Shown: positions 46,179 through 59,687, counted from the whole stretch's first letter. The stretch is DNA of 63,925 bases, filler included, from Ministeria vibrans ATCC 50519 (GCA_943704425.1; 12 parts of 12 records of this genome joined end to end with filler, not necessarily neighbours in it), one strand, 5' to 3'. Notes: generated from the letters alone by a model not told the origin. Numbers and translations are program-made.

Positions 46179-47206
46179 GGGGTGGCGGGGGTGGCGGCGG
46201 TAGCAGTGGGGGCGGCGGTGGCGGCGGTAGCGGTGGCAATGGCGGCCCAGGCGGCGCTTCGTCGACTGGACGTACCGGACGACTGGTGGAAACGTACGCA
46301 CACTGGACAGGCGGTACAGACACGAGCCTCAACGGACGCGGCCTTTCGAACGAACGACGTGGTCGACCCTCGCATCGATACTACTCGTTTGGGGATTTCG
46401 TCACGGGCAGTCCCGAGAAACGGCGAGCCGCCGACGGCTCAGGCAAGGGCGCCCCTTCTTCCGCCTCGTCCACTGCACCCACCACACCGACTGGACGTGC
46501 TCGTCGCGCGGTCAAGAACCACGCGGGGAAGCACGCGCGGCACAATAACGGCGAGACGAACAGCCGCAGTGGATACGACGACGAGGATGAAGACGACGAC
46601 GAGGACGAGCGGCGTAAGCGAGGAAGCGCAGCGAGCGCACAGCGACGCCGACGACTCGACGGCGGACGACACATGTCTACGTCGACATCAGACTCGGCCG
46701 ACAGTGACGGCGATGTCAGCAAGTACATGTACAGCGACGTATTCTGCAACGCATCGCACTACGAGCACAGCGAGCAGCCCTACTACTGGTCTCTCCCGTC
46801 CGCCTCCTCCACTTCCGTCAACCCCTACGATCTCCCCGCCTCGTCTCCACTGCCCCGTCAGTCCCCCACCGCCCCGACTTTCCCCTCCACTCCCAATGGT
46901 GCCGTTCTTGGTATGACTATAGAAAAGATGCGAGAAAAATATGAGGGCGCGAAGGGACTTCAGAGTTTCAAATTCAAACTTTCTTTGAATCTGATCATTA
47001 CTAATCATCTTGTCTTTGTCTCTTTTGCTCAGTTCCGTCTTGGACGTACGCGCCGGAAAATGTTTCGATGCAAAAGGTCAAGGCACTGTCGAAGCTCAGC
47101 AAGGCGGACCGAGCCATCTTTGATGAAGACCTGGAGGTGCGCAAACACACCCGACTGTGGTGCCAAGTGAGAGTGTTTTAATGCTGATGGAAATTGTCGT
47201 TTTTTG

Positions 47207-47240
<34 letters not shown>

Positions 47241-47403
47241 CGTGTGTGTATGTGTGTGTGCGCGTGCGGTTTAGGAGACGACTGATGAGGCATTTGAGAA
47301 GCGGCACAAACGATTGGAGATGGAGGAAAAGAGAAGGAAACGCTGGGATGAGCAGTTTATGCGGACGCAGGCCGAGCACCGGCGTTTGCTTGCCTCACGC
47401 AAG
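46179..47403 (+). CDS. MSL1-like PEHE-domain protein, internal fragment
   Basis: Spliced GAVL|VPSW...DLE|ETTDEAFEKRHKRLEMEEKRRKRWDEQ is a PEHE motif with the MSL1-type EKRRKRWD ending; introns ~46911-47032 and ~47137-47273. Confidence 0.8.
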
Positions 47404-47450
47404 GTCAGAGTGTCGCCCGTCCTGTTTTACCGTTTCCTCTATGATACCCT

Positions 47451-47493
<43 letters not shown>

Positions 47494-47639
47494 NNNNNNN
47501 NNNNNNNNNNNNNNNNNNNNNNNNNNNNNNNNNNNNNTTAATTAATTAANNNNNNNNNNNNNNNNNNNNNNNNNNNNNNNNNNNNNNNNNNNNAATAATA
47601 TAAAATATTATTGTTAGTATTATTTTTGCATTCCACAAC

Positions 47640-48930
47640 ATGATGAACGCTTATATCCAAAACGAACGCCGACGCATTGTCGCGCGCAAGCTGAGTGAAG
47701 ACGACGACGACATCGGCGTGCTGCGTCCTCGGCCCGGCATGAAGAAGAGCAGCTCTGTCGACTCGTTTTCACCGCACACTGAATCCATGTCTACCACGAA
47801 AGCCATCCTGCTGGTGCTCGTCGCCCTCGGCGTATGGGTGGTGGCTGCCGCCGTGTACATGCACGTGACCGATTGGTCGCCGTTCGACCCCGTTTTCGGC
47901 AGCTGGGACACCGACGCGCTCATCGCCCACAGAAAAACCAATGTTGATCGCGAACGCTCTGTCTACGGCGAACTCAGCGCCCAGCACGTTGGCTCTCTCC
48001 TTGTCCTGGCTCAGTCCGCCTCTGAAAGGCACCTTCACGACGTTGCCGAGAGCTCCTACCGTCAGGTATGGTTTTTTTTTCTCATTTTCTTTTGTTTCGA
48101 ACTTTCGAGACGAGCGTGCCCACAAAAAAATATTATTAAAAAAACCGCAAATCACCAACACATATCCTCTGCGCCACCTCTTGTTCTCGCTTCCTCGTCC
48201 ACACACTCACCCTGTCCTTTTTTGTCGCCCCTGTGCAGGCCATCGAACTCCAAATGAAGATGGAAGAGCCCGAGGCGGGCCTGAGCGCCGACAAGCGTCG
48301 CCGATCGTACAGCCTTGCCGTTGCCGCCCCTATGCTCGACCTTTCGTCCATTCTCGTGCGTCAGGGTGTCCAAAAGGCCGACGATGCCATTCTCTTGCTC
48401 GACCGAGTGCGCTCCATCGTCACCCTGAGCCGTGGTGCGCGCCATCCCGAAGTACGCCACAAAAAACACAATCCAAAACGTTTCTCACTTGGCTGCATTG
48501 TAGAACGCTCGTGCCCTTGCACTGTTGAGCCGTGCTCACATCTTGCAAAAAAAATCAGCGGACGCCGCCAAGGAACTTCATGAAGCCATCACGATCATTC
48601 AACAGGTATCATCGATTGATGCAAATGCAGGCTGTGTGTGTTTTGTTCGTATCACTCACCCCGTGTTCTCTCTTGTGTACTTTTTAGACAACAAGCAAAG
48701 TTAACGAAGTGATTCTCACCGAACTCATCTCCAGTGTGCGTGCCGTTCTGCCTCACACCAACTGTGTATCGGCGCGTCGTCTCGTTAAACGCACTCTTGC
48801 CACAGTCCCTTCGCGGGACCGTGACTCCATTGGCACGTCCGCCCTCATTCGTGCAATCCGAGCTCTCAATGTCTACATGGAGACCAACTGCCCTGGCCGC
48901 GCTGAAGACGACGAGCAAGACCTTGTCTGA
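47640..48930 (+). CDS. Hypothetical type-II membrane protein with a helical (TPR-like) C-terminus, multi-exon
   Basis: TM AILLVLVALGVWVVAAAVYM; GT..AG-bounded coding exons. Confidence 0.55.
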
Positions 48931-49171
48931 GTGTCTTTTTTTTTGTTTTGCATGCGTATTTTCATTTCCTTGCTCTCGTAGCTGTACCAAAATTTAACAT
49001 TATTTGGAGCTGATACCTTACTATCGTATAAATACAAACAAAAAAATTCCCCACATCTCTTCAATGGCAGCGTTAGCAAAAAATAAAAAGGAGGTGCTGT
49101 TTTTACAAAAATTGAAATATACTCTCTCTCTCTATCACTCGGTTACTTTCTCCTCTCTCTACCAACCTCTC

Positions 49172-50870
49172 TCAACAAAGACCGGTTGCTTCCGCACTGC
49201 CCCTGCGGCCGCAGCAGAGGGATGCCATAATAGTCCAGCGCTCGCTGAGTGGATCGTACGCCTCCACCGAGTCGAGGACGTCGTTCTCGCGACTGCGCCC
49301 GCCCCACACAAAAATGCGCCCGTCTATGGCCGCAACACCACAGCCCGCCCGCTGCACATTCATCGACGCTACCATCTCCCAGCAGTCCCGTGCCGGATCG
49401 TACCGCTCCACCGAATCCAAATAGCGCCCAGACCCATAGCCCCCAATGGCGTAGAGCAGTCCGTTGAGCACGGCACACCGACAGCTGTCACGCTTGGTGA
49501 ACATGGGCGCCACCGGCTCCCACTGCTCGCGCGTCGGCACAAACCGCTCCACCGACCGCAACTGCTTCATGCCCGAGTGGCCTCCCACCGCATAAATGTG
49601 GCCGTGCAGCACCCCAGCCCCACACATGGTCCGCCCCACATGCATCGAAGGCGCTCGCTCCCACTGGCCCCGCGCCCGACTCGGGTCATACACCTCCATC
49701 GTGTCCAGTCGCACATCCAAGTGCAATCCCCCCAACACGTACACCTTGCCCGCCAGTGCCGCAGCCGCACAGCACGACCGCGGAGCAATCAATGGTGCCA
49801 CCTCACGCACCGTCCCACGCGTCGTATGAAATTCCTCCACTGTCACAACACTCTCGCGTGTGAAACCAGCGCGACCCCCAATCACATATATACAATCGCC
49901 AACCGTCACAGCTGCACAGCGGTACCGTGACGTAATCAGCCGCGGCCCAATCACCTCCCAGCGGTTCTCACGCGGCACATACCGTTCAATGGTATTCAGC
50001 GCATGTCCACGACCACTCTTGCCGCCTAGCGCAAACATACACTCCATCTCAACACGTCCGCGCACCGTCAGCTTGGCAATGCGTTTCGCAAGCTCATCGT
50101 CGGGTGCTGCAGCGTCAGACGCAGTCCCACCCTCATGAACACCTTCGATCGACAATGACCTATCACCAACATCATCACCACCAACACGCCCACCCAAGGA
50201 TGATCTTCCCCCAATAGCCGTCACAAAATGTTGACCACTCTGCGGCGTTACAGGTGCTGATCTTGCTGGTGAGCATGGTACGCTTGTAGCACGTCCACTC
50301 GAAGCACGTCCACCAAGTCGCAATGCGCTTTTGGCGTGCGAGGTCATGATGGAGAAGGCAGAGGAAACGGCAGTAGGAGTAGTAGGAGTGGCAGAAGTAC
50401 AAGCTGTTGTAGTGGCAAAGGGAGCAGTGGTTGCGATGGCAGCAGCAGAAGCCACGGCGGCGGCGGCCAGGTTGATCGTTGTGCTGAGACGGCGACGCGA
50501 AGAAGGAGAAGGGTCGCTAGAGAGCGCGTGAGGTGTCGAAGGTGCAGTGGTGTCTTCCGTATCAAACGTGTCAGCCTCGTCGGGTTGTTGCAACGCACGA
50601 AGCTGAAGGTAGCGTTGGTGTAAAACTCGATTGACGAGCGTATGGTGTTCGGCAACAAGCGGCTCGGCTGTCACCTTCTCAAGTTCTTCACTGGTCATGC
50701 GAAGCAGACGAACAAACTTGAAGAGACGCTGGAGCGCCTCTCGTCGCTCTTCCCCCGGCTCCGCCTGTGCCCACGCCACAATCCCTTCAAACACACTCCA
50801 CTCTGTTGCACGCAGCACATCGTCTTCAAGAAGTTCCGCCAGTCGCTCTTCTTCGATCGAAAGAAAGGCT
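49172..50870 (-). CDS. Kelch-like protein (BACK end plus six Kelch repeats); 5' truncated at the gap
   Basis: E.SVFEGIVAW...VRL..M (BACK); repeated GG..., VERYDP...W, APM..R motifs. Confidence 0.9.
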
Positions 50871-51026
50871 GCACCAACAATAAACCCCCCCCCCCCAAAA
50901 AAAAATTAATGTTACNNNNNNNNNNNNNNNNNNNNNNNNNNNNNNNNNNNNNNNNNNNNTTAATTAATTAANNNNNNNNNNNNNNNNNNNNNNNNNNNNN
51001 NNNNNNNNNNNNNNNTTTTTTTTGGT

Positions 51027-51990
51027 CTCAGCGATTGCTCAGTGGCAAGTATTGTGACCTGGTGCGTGTTGAAGACGGATGCGAAGTGGTGGAGACGTCT
51101 GATCATCAGATTATCGGCGACCGTCAAGGATACCTCTGTGTGGATGTGCCAGGCGAAACACACTGGGTCAAGGAGGTATGTCCGTCGTTGAACCATGACA
51201 CTGCCTTCTGATGATCTCGACGTTGTGGTAGATGTACGATGACTTTGCTGGAGCATCTACGGAAAGTCATGTGTCCAGCCACGCACGCAAAAGTGCCAAA
51301 CGGCCACTGGAGGATGAGAGCGGAGCGTGTGTGATGGACGAGAGCACAGTCGAGGGCGGGACCAGTGCCACTGTAGCCAAACGCGTTCGTGAAGAAGACG
51401 CCGCAGCAACAGCGAATGGCACTACTGACGTAAAAGAAACAACCGCAACGACTGCCGCTGGTGCAAGAGTGAGTGCGGAGCGATCGGTGCTCGTGAAGAC
51501 ATACCGGCCTCAAGACGAGATGCCACTCAATATCATCTGTGAGTTTGTCGGTGTGTACGCACTGGACTCAGTGCTATCTGTGCCCACCGAAGAGCAGAAT
51601 GCGCGGTCTGCGTTTCCCGACACACACAGTGCGCCTGCGTCACTCGTGCCGCGCCTGCACTGCATCTACGCCACTCGCTTGGCCTATGGAAACCCAATGG
51701 TGCCCGAGCAGCCTACCCTGAGTGCAGGTACGACACTCTCTTGAAGTAGAGAGCATCATTAATCGATAATAATTATTTTGTTGCTGTGTGTGAAGATTGA
51801 GTGTTCAACGTATGTCTGTGGAATGTGTGTTATATGACTCATTCACTCACACTCTCCTCTCTCTCACCTTTCAGATGTGTTGCATGCGGATCCCCTGCAA
51901 GTGCGACACCGCCTGATTTCTCATCTCTCGTCTCATCTTGGCGGTGATCTTATTGCCGCTGAGTATCTTCTGCTAAATCTACTTTCCAGA
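51027..51990 (+). CDS. MCMBP: Mini-chromosome maintenance complex-binding protein, internal exons
   Basis: VPGETHWVKE; LNIICEFVGVY; SLVPRLHCI; LGGDLIAAEYLLLNLLSR. Confidence 0.85.
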
Positions 51991-52149
51991 GTGTAAACCA
52001 CAATCGCAAATGCGCACATATGCCTTCTCTCTATCACTTTGTTTCTCTCTCTCTCCATCACTTTGTCTCTCTCTGTCTCTCTGTCTCTGTCTCTGTCTCT
52101 GTCTCTGTCTCTGTCTCTGTCTGTCTCTGTCTCTGTCTGTCTCTCTGTC

Positions 52150-52228
<79 letters not shown>

Positions 52229-52328
52229 NNNNNNNNNNNNNNNNNNNNNNNNNNNNNNNNNNNNNNNNNNNNTTAATTAATTAANNNNNNNNNNNNNNNN
52301 NNNNNNNNNNNNNNNNNNNNNNNNNNNN

Positions 52329-53900
52329 ACGGCCCGTCAACAGACGCGTAATCTGACGTGCGCTGTGGATCTGCTGCGGCGTGACCATAGGTAGACGTAC
52401 AATCAACATCACAATCTTTGTTCTTCTTTTTCTTCTTCTTCTCTCTATCACTTTGTTTCTTTCTCCCTCCTCTCTCCCTGATTCGTACCATCCGTCGACT
52501 CAACAACGTAGAGATCGCGGTCAGCACCTTCGCCATGCCAGAAGGCAACGGCTGAGTGGCCCGTGTGTCCGCCGGTGCCAAACATGATCATGGGATCGAG
52601 TCCGTCAAGTCGCATGATAGCCAGGTACGAGCCCGACCGGATGAGCTTCTTGTCAATCTTCTGCTGCTTGCCGTGCTTCACCATGTCCCAGTGCAGCTTT
52701 TCCTTCATAAACTCCACATTGTGCTTGAACAGCTGCTGATCGTCCCGCGCCACAAACGTGTTGACGGTGCGCAACACAGAGGCAATGGTACCCTCGTCGC
52801 CACAGGGCATGTAGTACGCGGAAAGGCCCTTGCTCGTAATGTCCTCTTTCTCATATGGCTGAAATGTGTCCACCTTCACCGTGTGCGTGCCCTCCTCCAG
52901 GACTGCCTTGTAGTAAAAGTGCTCGCGCGACGACACAACCCAAAACTCAGAGCATCCTTTTCAAGAGAAGACGAGAAAAAGTTATGACACTCGTCGCGCC
53001 CCTCACTCGTCGCGTACCCTTCGTCTTGGGCGCCGCAGCCGTCACTGTCACAGTGTACCCGTTACCGTCGGGGTTCAACACAAACGAGCCGCTCATCTTC
53101 GCAAAGCAGAACGACTCCCATTCCGCTGTGGTCCCCAAATGAATCTGTCAAGACACAGAAAAGAGGGGGAAAAAAATTATTATTATTAGTAATTTTTTCA
53201 CGAAAAGCAAAAAAGCGTTTTTGTGGTCAAAGATAGACTGAAGAGAGGACCACGGCAACTCGTAGAATACTATAGGGAGCATTACGCACTCGATACACAG
53301 TAGTGTATAAGCGAGCCGCATCGGAGAAGAGAGAGAGTGTGTGTCCGTTTTTTTTTTTTTTTGTGTGTGTTGTTGTTGTGTTTCGTTTTGTCTTTGTACC
53401 TCGCTTGTGAAGACGGGGATGAATTCGTAGAAGCTCTTGTTGGGACACCACTTGGGGTCGACAGAGCCATCGTTGGGCGCAAGCAGACCCGCCTCTTTCA
53501 GCTGCATTGCGTCCGAGAAGAACTTGGAGAAGCGCGCAGGGGCTTCAGCGGCGTCAAACGGCACCACGACCGTCTCCAGGCCGCGGTGGTACGAGTAGTG
53601 CGCCATGTTGATCTCTTCTGTGTACCCTTGAGCGACCAACTCCTGCAGATAACGTGAGGAGTTGTCTTTATTTTTGATCCTTTCTTTTGGGGTGTAATCG
53701 TACCGACCGACGACGCGACGCATCGTACGCATTGGTGCCCACTGCAAGGGCGACCAGTGCCAAACAAACGAAGAGTTTCGTCATACCGACTAAAATCTGT
53801 GAATCTAAGAATTGTATTAACTAATAACTATTATTTTCTTCCTCTCCGTTCGACCCTCGATCACAACTGAGACGGCCCCCCACAGCGACTGACATGCTGT
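52329..53900 (-). CDS. Conserved hypothetical protein with a permuted papain-like (NlpC/P60-related) motif; partial, multi-exon
   Basis: IRSGSYLAIMRLDGLDPMIMFGTGGHTGHSAVAFW...LYVVES. Confidence 0.55.
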
Positions 53901-54126
53901 ACCGACATCGAAAGACAGTGTTGCTGGTGATCGTGGNNNNNNNNNNNNNNNNNNNNNNNNNNNNNNNNNNNNNNNNNNNNTTAATTAATTAANNNNNNNN
54001 NNNNNNNNNNNNNNNNNNNNNNNNNNNNNNNNNNNNCTTCTAAACCACCCCTCCCCGCCCTCTCCCTCTTCCCTCCCCCCCTCCCCTCCTCCGCCAACGG
54101 CGCTAACCCCCCTCCTCTCCACACAG

Positions 54127-55330
54127 GATGAGCGCGTTGTCTGTTTATGTGCTCGAATCGAACAGTTGTTTCTCACTGGTCTCAAAGCTCCCAAAAAGCC
54201 CAGCTCGTCGACCAACAAGGCATCGAACCTTGGCACGGAGGTGCTAACGCGTGTCGAACAGTTTCTTACTAAGGTACAAACAACCAAAATTGTTCATTTC
54301 TCAATATTGTTAGTGATACTATGATTCTTCTTTCTTCTGTCTACTCTTCAGTCGTCGTCGACAACAAGTCTTTTAGACGGCAAGAATGACAAGACTGCCG
54401 AGCCTGTCGAGAGCAATGCATGGCCATTCATCAAGACACTCTTAAGCGAAGCTGAAGCTCAGCGCTTCAGTCGTTTAGAGTTTGTCAAGAGTGAAGCAGG
54501 AAGGTCAGATTCAATCATGAGGACTCGAACTTACTCATCTTATTTGTTTTGCTCTACCTTCAGATGTCGAGCGTGGATCCGAATGTCTCTCAATGAGCAC
54601 TTGCTGGCCAAGGCACTGACACAGACGCTCAATTCGCGCCGACTTGTCGCGCAGTACTACGATGACAGTGCACCGCTGCTGGACGCAGACAGTGTCATCG
54701 CTGTGCGCACTCAAATATCCCAGTTGTCAACCATTCTCTTTGCCATCACAGTCGACGATTTGAGGCTCGACGGCACCGAGTGCAATGGTGCCTTTGCAGG
54801 CGTCAGTCGCGATGCCAAAAAGAAGCCCGTTGACTCGACGCCCGCCGCTCTCGTGTCGCGCAGTCTCCTGGTCGCTGACGACGTCCCAGGTGGAGCAAAT
54901 GGAACTATCGGTGGTAGCGGGGGTGGCGGTAGTGGTTTGAGTGCGAATGTACCAATGAGTATTGCTGGCGGCAATGCAATGGGGGCTGACGCGAGTGCGA
55001 GTGGCGCAGGCGAGGGCGAGGAGTCGCCACGACGCAGCAGCTACCTGGGCATTCCGGCGTCATCGTCGGCGAGTAGCGTGCTACGCATCATGTCCCAACG
55101 TGCCAGTGCTATTACACAACGTCTACAGACCGGAACGGCACCCAGCAGCATGCCCCCTCGGCCCATGTCCATGTCGGCCGCCGACCCGTCCGTGCCCGCT
55201 GCTGCCGTCAACCTAGGCACCGGCAGCGACAACGATCTTGTGACGCCCGTCAAGAAGATCAAGCGCAAGAAAAAGAAGGCCATTCGACGCGCTGTTGACT
55301 TGGACAATCCAAACGATCCTGCAGTCATCG
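54127..55330 (+). CDS. SNX29: RUN-domain protein, sorting nexin-29-like; partial
   Basis: DERVVCLCARIE..F.TGLK; WPFIK..L; GRCRAWIRMSLNEHLL; YYDD; LSTILFAITVD. Confidence 0.75.
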
Positions 55331-55508
55331 GTATATACTACTCGATTCTCTATAGAATGCAACTCATTGGATGTGTTTTTTTTTTGTTGTTTTTTTTTTT
55401 TTTTTTTTNNNNNNNNNNNNNNNNNNNNNNNNNNNNNNNNNNNNNNNNNNNNTTAATTAATTAANNNNNNNNNNNNNNNNNNNNNNNNNNNNNNNNNNNN
55501 NNNNNNNN

Positions 55509-55615
<107 letters not shown>

Positions 55616-55628
55616 TATTTATTATGCA

Positions 55629-57890
55629 TTATAATGCTTTGTTTGTACCTTGACCAACAGTGGTCGTGACAAAGTAACGATGAAGCAAGTCCAACATGAT
55701 GGCGGCCTTGGCGTCGTCTGTGTCCATCCAGGCGCCGCCCAGCACAAACAAGTCCTTGTGCATGAGCATTCCCCGCTCGCTAAACACCTGCTTAGTGCTG
55801 ATCATGGTGCGCAGAAGGTCTGCGAGGAATTGTGGTCGGAGGATAATGGTCTCGCGAAGTTTTTGATCGTCGCCAAAGTACAATATACGTCCTTGCTCGT
55901 GAAAGTACCTGGGTACAACGACGAGCCGTAAAAAAAAAATATAAAAAAAAGGAAAAGAAAAATGAGAGGCGCACTGAAGTTACCACACGACACACAACTC
56001 CTACTTGGCCATAAGATCAAAGGAACCATCCTTGTCCTGCACCACCTCCTTGGTGAACTTCTCGATGTGGGTGACGAGGTCGACGCGGGACATGACGGGC
56101 CAGGTGGGCGACTCGGAAGCGAGGCGGACAAGCTCACGGTCAATGTTGTGGTAGTGTGAGGGCACGAGGGCACCGACTGTGTCAAGGGTCAGTGCCTTGT
56201 TGACAATGAGGTTCTTGAGGCCGCGGATGCCGGTGTAGCCATCGATCTTGCCCGAGCCCATGAGCGACGCGACGTCTCCCGCACGGATTGAGTCGCGACG
56301 AATAAGCTTCTTGGCATTGAACAGCTCGTCGGCGTGTGTGTTGCTCACCGCGACAAACTCAATGAGACCCGAGCCGCACTCTTGCGCCTCCAAATGGCTC
56401 TTGAGGCGCGCAATCTTCTCGGTAATGAGCGTAGGCTGATCGACTAGCGTTGAGTCGTCGGCGTGTGTGCCCACGACCACAATCTTGCTTGAGGGTGCCC
56501 GTGCGCGCATGGTGCGAATCCAGTACTCGACACATGCCTCTTCGGGCACACTGCGCAGGTCCCAGGCACACAGGAAGATGCAGTTCTCCGAAATGAAGTA
56601 CTGATGCGAGTCGTAGTAGACGTCGTGGCCGCCAAAGTCCCATACGCTAAACGACAGCTCAAAGTCGGACATGCCCCCAATGGTGCACGGCAGTCGCAGA
56701 CTGTACATCTCTGTCTCGACACCGTCCGTCGACAACTGCCACTGGTCAATGTGTGCCTCCTTGGACGACCACTTGTCGCGCGCCAGAGCCCGCGCCAGTG
56801 ACGTCTTGCCGACATTCTCCTCGCCCACAACGCACACCTTGATGTGCTGGTTCATCGACGACTTGGCGCTCTTCATCTGTCCCTTGAGGTACTCAAGCAT
56901 TGCCTTGGTTCCCTTCTCCACCGTCGCCTTGGGCGGCGAAATCAGCGAATTGTTTGCTGCCGAGAGTGTCTTCAGCTTCGTCAGCATGCCCAGCAATGGT
57001 GGTAGCGACGACAGCTTGTTGTTGTTCACATACAGCTCCTCCACTACAAATAAAATAATAAAGAGAATAATAAGAACAATGGGGACACCACGCTTCTCTC
57101 TATTTGTCTTCTCTTCTCCCTTCTCCTCATCCGTTATAGTTTCCCTAACCGCCTATTGCACTTACATTCAAGGAGTTGGCCCAGCATGGGCGGCAGCGAG
57201 GTGAGCTGGTTGTAGCAGAGACGCAAGGAGCGCAGCTTGAGCAAGACGCCAATCTCCGCCGGCACCTGCGTCAACTGATTGTTGTCCAGAGACAGCACGG
57301 TCAGGTTCACAAACACGCCAATGTCCTGTATATCAGAATGGGGGGACGAGGAAGGAGACACGTTGAGAAGAGTCAGTGAGCAATAAGAGAAGGGTATTTT
57401 AAACACACAAAAAAAACGGATTTTGCTTTTTTGCTTTTGTGGATTTTTCGAGTTGACTGAGTCAAATCGACATGCACAAAGTGAAGTGGACAAGAAAGAA
57501 CACTAGCCAGGGTGGCTTTCAGGGGAAAACAACGGAGGAATATGAGACATGCCGCAAAGAACCATAAAAAGCATTTCGTTTTCTCACTCTGTCTCTCTCT
57601 CACTCTCTCTCTCTCCCTCTCTCGCTCCACAACACGTAACTGCAGGAATGACCGCAAGGGCATTGTCGTCCAGATGGATCTCGTCGACCTTCTGGCGCAA
57701 GTCGTCGGCAAAGAGGGCTTCGGGCGCCGCCTACAACGCGAACGAGACACGAAGGTGGGAGAGTGAGTGAGCGAGCGAGTGTGTGTGTGTGAGGTTCAAA
57801 AATAGCTGAGCCAAACGAAGCGTCCCCCCGCCTGCCGCATCCTCCCCAGGTGTCCCTGGCTCTCTCGTCACCACCAGGGATGCTCTCGAT
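55629..57890 (-). CDS. Roco family protein (LRR-Roc-COR); partial, multi-exon
   Basis: LRR exons (LSLDNNQLTQVPAEIG); Roc KVCVVGEENVGKTS, STDG, VWDFGG, VVGTHAD; COR IILRPQFLADLLRTMI. Confidence 0.92.
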
Positions 57891-58041
57891 TTGCACCACG
57901 TCCTTTCCATTTTTTTTTTTTTTTTTTTTTTNNNNNNNNNNNNNNNNNNNNNNNNNNNNNNNNNNNNNNNNNNNNTTAATTAATTAANNNNNNNNNNNNN
58001 NNNNNNNNNNNNNNNNNNNNNNNNNNNNNNNGCAACGGTTG

Positions 58042-58353
58042 TCAGAATTCCGCTGAATAAACAAAAAAAATTGTTATTATTAAATATTATAAGTTTTTCC
58101 TCTTTTTTCTGTGCGACTGTCTGTACCATTCGACAGCTTGGTTTTGGACTTCGCCATTGGAGTCTGACAAGAGTTTCATGACGCCGGCGATGATGCGCCG
58201 CTCCATTTCGACGTCTGTCTTGAAAGTGGGTTTGTTGAGCTCCGCAATGAGATCGTTGCAAGCCATAAAGCGGAAATCCTTGTCGTCGTTGCCCATTTTC
58301 TCGAGTAGAGAGGACAGCTGGAAGCCCAGCTGAACAGTCGCTGCCGATGACAT
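58042..58353 (-). CDS. CAND1: Cullin-associated NEDD8-dissociated protein 1, N-terminus (truncated at the gap)
   Basis: LLEKMGNDDKDFRFMACNDLIAEL...LLSDSNGEVQNQAV. Confidence 0.92.
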
Positions 58354-58456
58354 GACGAACAAAAAACAATGATGATAAATGATTCATGATTGAATATTGA
58401 TTGATATTTATGACGATTCAGGTCAGTTTTTGATCGTTCTCGTCTGTTACACTGTG

Positions 58457-59114
58457 ATGTCTGAAGAACACTTTTTGCCTCAGCGGATAGAGGGGACTGT
58501 AGTGAAGGGCTTTGGGAGAGGTGGAAAGCAGCTGGGCATTCCGACAGGTATGCGTACAGTGAGAGGGGATGACAAAATGTTTGGGACTCCGACACCGTTG
58601 GCCCGACGCATTGTGGGACGAAAGCGTTGGCATGCGTTGACCAATAGACTTTCTCTGCAGCAAATTTCGACGAAGAAATCGTCGAGAAGCTGCCGGCAGC
58701 GTTGAAAACGGGCATTTACTTTGGGTGGGCGAAAGTGAGCTGTCGCGATGCTGACAGCGCGTCCCAGGCCACACACGCAGCCGTCCACCCCATGGTCATG
58801 TCCCTTGGCTGGAATCCTTTCTACCAGAACACTAAAAAGTCCGCCGTAAGTGGATGCTGAGCGAGAGGGAGTGTTGAGTGTGTGAGACGACAGCTAAGGC
58901 GTTGCGTGGTGTGTAGGAGACGCACATTCTGCATGAGTTTGAGCATGATTTCTACGGCGAGCATCTTGTAATTGTGATTGCGGGATATATTCGTGAGGAG
59001 GCCCCTTTTGAATCAGTCGAGGGACTGATCGCAGCCATCAACGAGGACATTCGCATTGCGCGTGAGCGACTCGCGACGGACGAAATGCGCAACCTCAAAG
59101 CACTCTGTATGTGA
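58457..59114 (+). CDS. RFK: Riboflavin kinase (3 exons)
   Basis: GTVVKGFGRGGKQLGIPT|ANF; GIYFGWA; MVMSLGWNPFY; ETHILHEFEHDFYG; LIAAINEDI. Confidence 0.95.
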
Positions 59115-59304
59115 AACTAGTATTATTGTACATCTTTTTTATTATTATTATTATCTCGTTTCACCTATGCACTATTAACAATCAAGAAGGCAAGCGGCTA
59201 CCAAGTATCAAATACCAACAGTGATGCTATCTCGCAAGTGTCGTTGTTTCGCCTGTACAAAATGATACTATTGTTTGTTTGTATACATCCGTTGCGTGCC
59301 ATCC

Positions 59305-59687
59305 CGTCTCTCTATCACTTTGTTTCTCTATCACTTTGTTTCTCTCTCTCTACCACTTTGTTTCTCTCTCTATCACTTTGTTTTTCTATCACTTTGTTTC
59401 TCTCTCTATCACTTTGTTTTTCTATCACTTTGTTTCTCTCTCTCTATCACTTTGTTTCTCACTCTCTATCACTTTGTTTCTCTCTCTCTATCACTTTGTT
59501 TCTCACTCTCTATCACTTTGTTTCTCTCTCTCTATCACTTTGTTTCTCACTCTCTATCACTTTGTTTCTCACTCTCTATCACTTTGTTTCTCTCTCTCTA
59601 TCACTTTGTTTCTCTCTCTCTATCACTTTGTTTCTCTCTCTCTATCACTTTGTTTCTCTCTCTCTATCACTTTGTTTCTCTCTCTCT
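59305..59687. repeat. Minisatellite with a ~18-24 bp unit, (ct)n-ctatcactttgttt
   Basis: Tandem array; the same unit occurs at ~52025-52065, ~52440 and 63735-63925. Confidence 0.9.

Noticed and set aside
46940-47032. Possible non-canonical GC-AG intron in the MSL1-like gene
   Set aside because: A canonical GTATGA donor at ~46911 in the same phase gives the better PEHE junction AVLVPSW.
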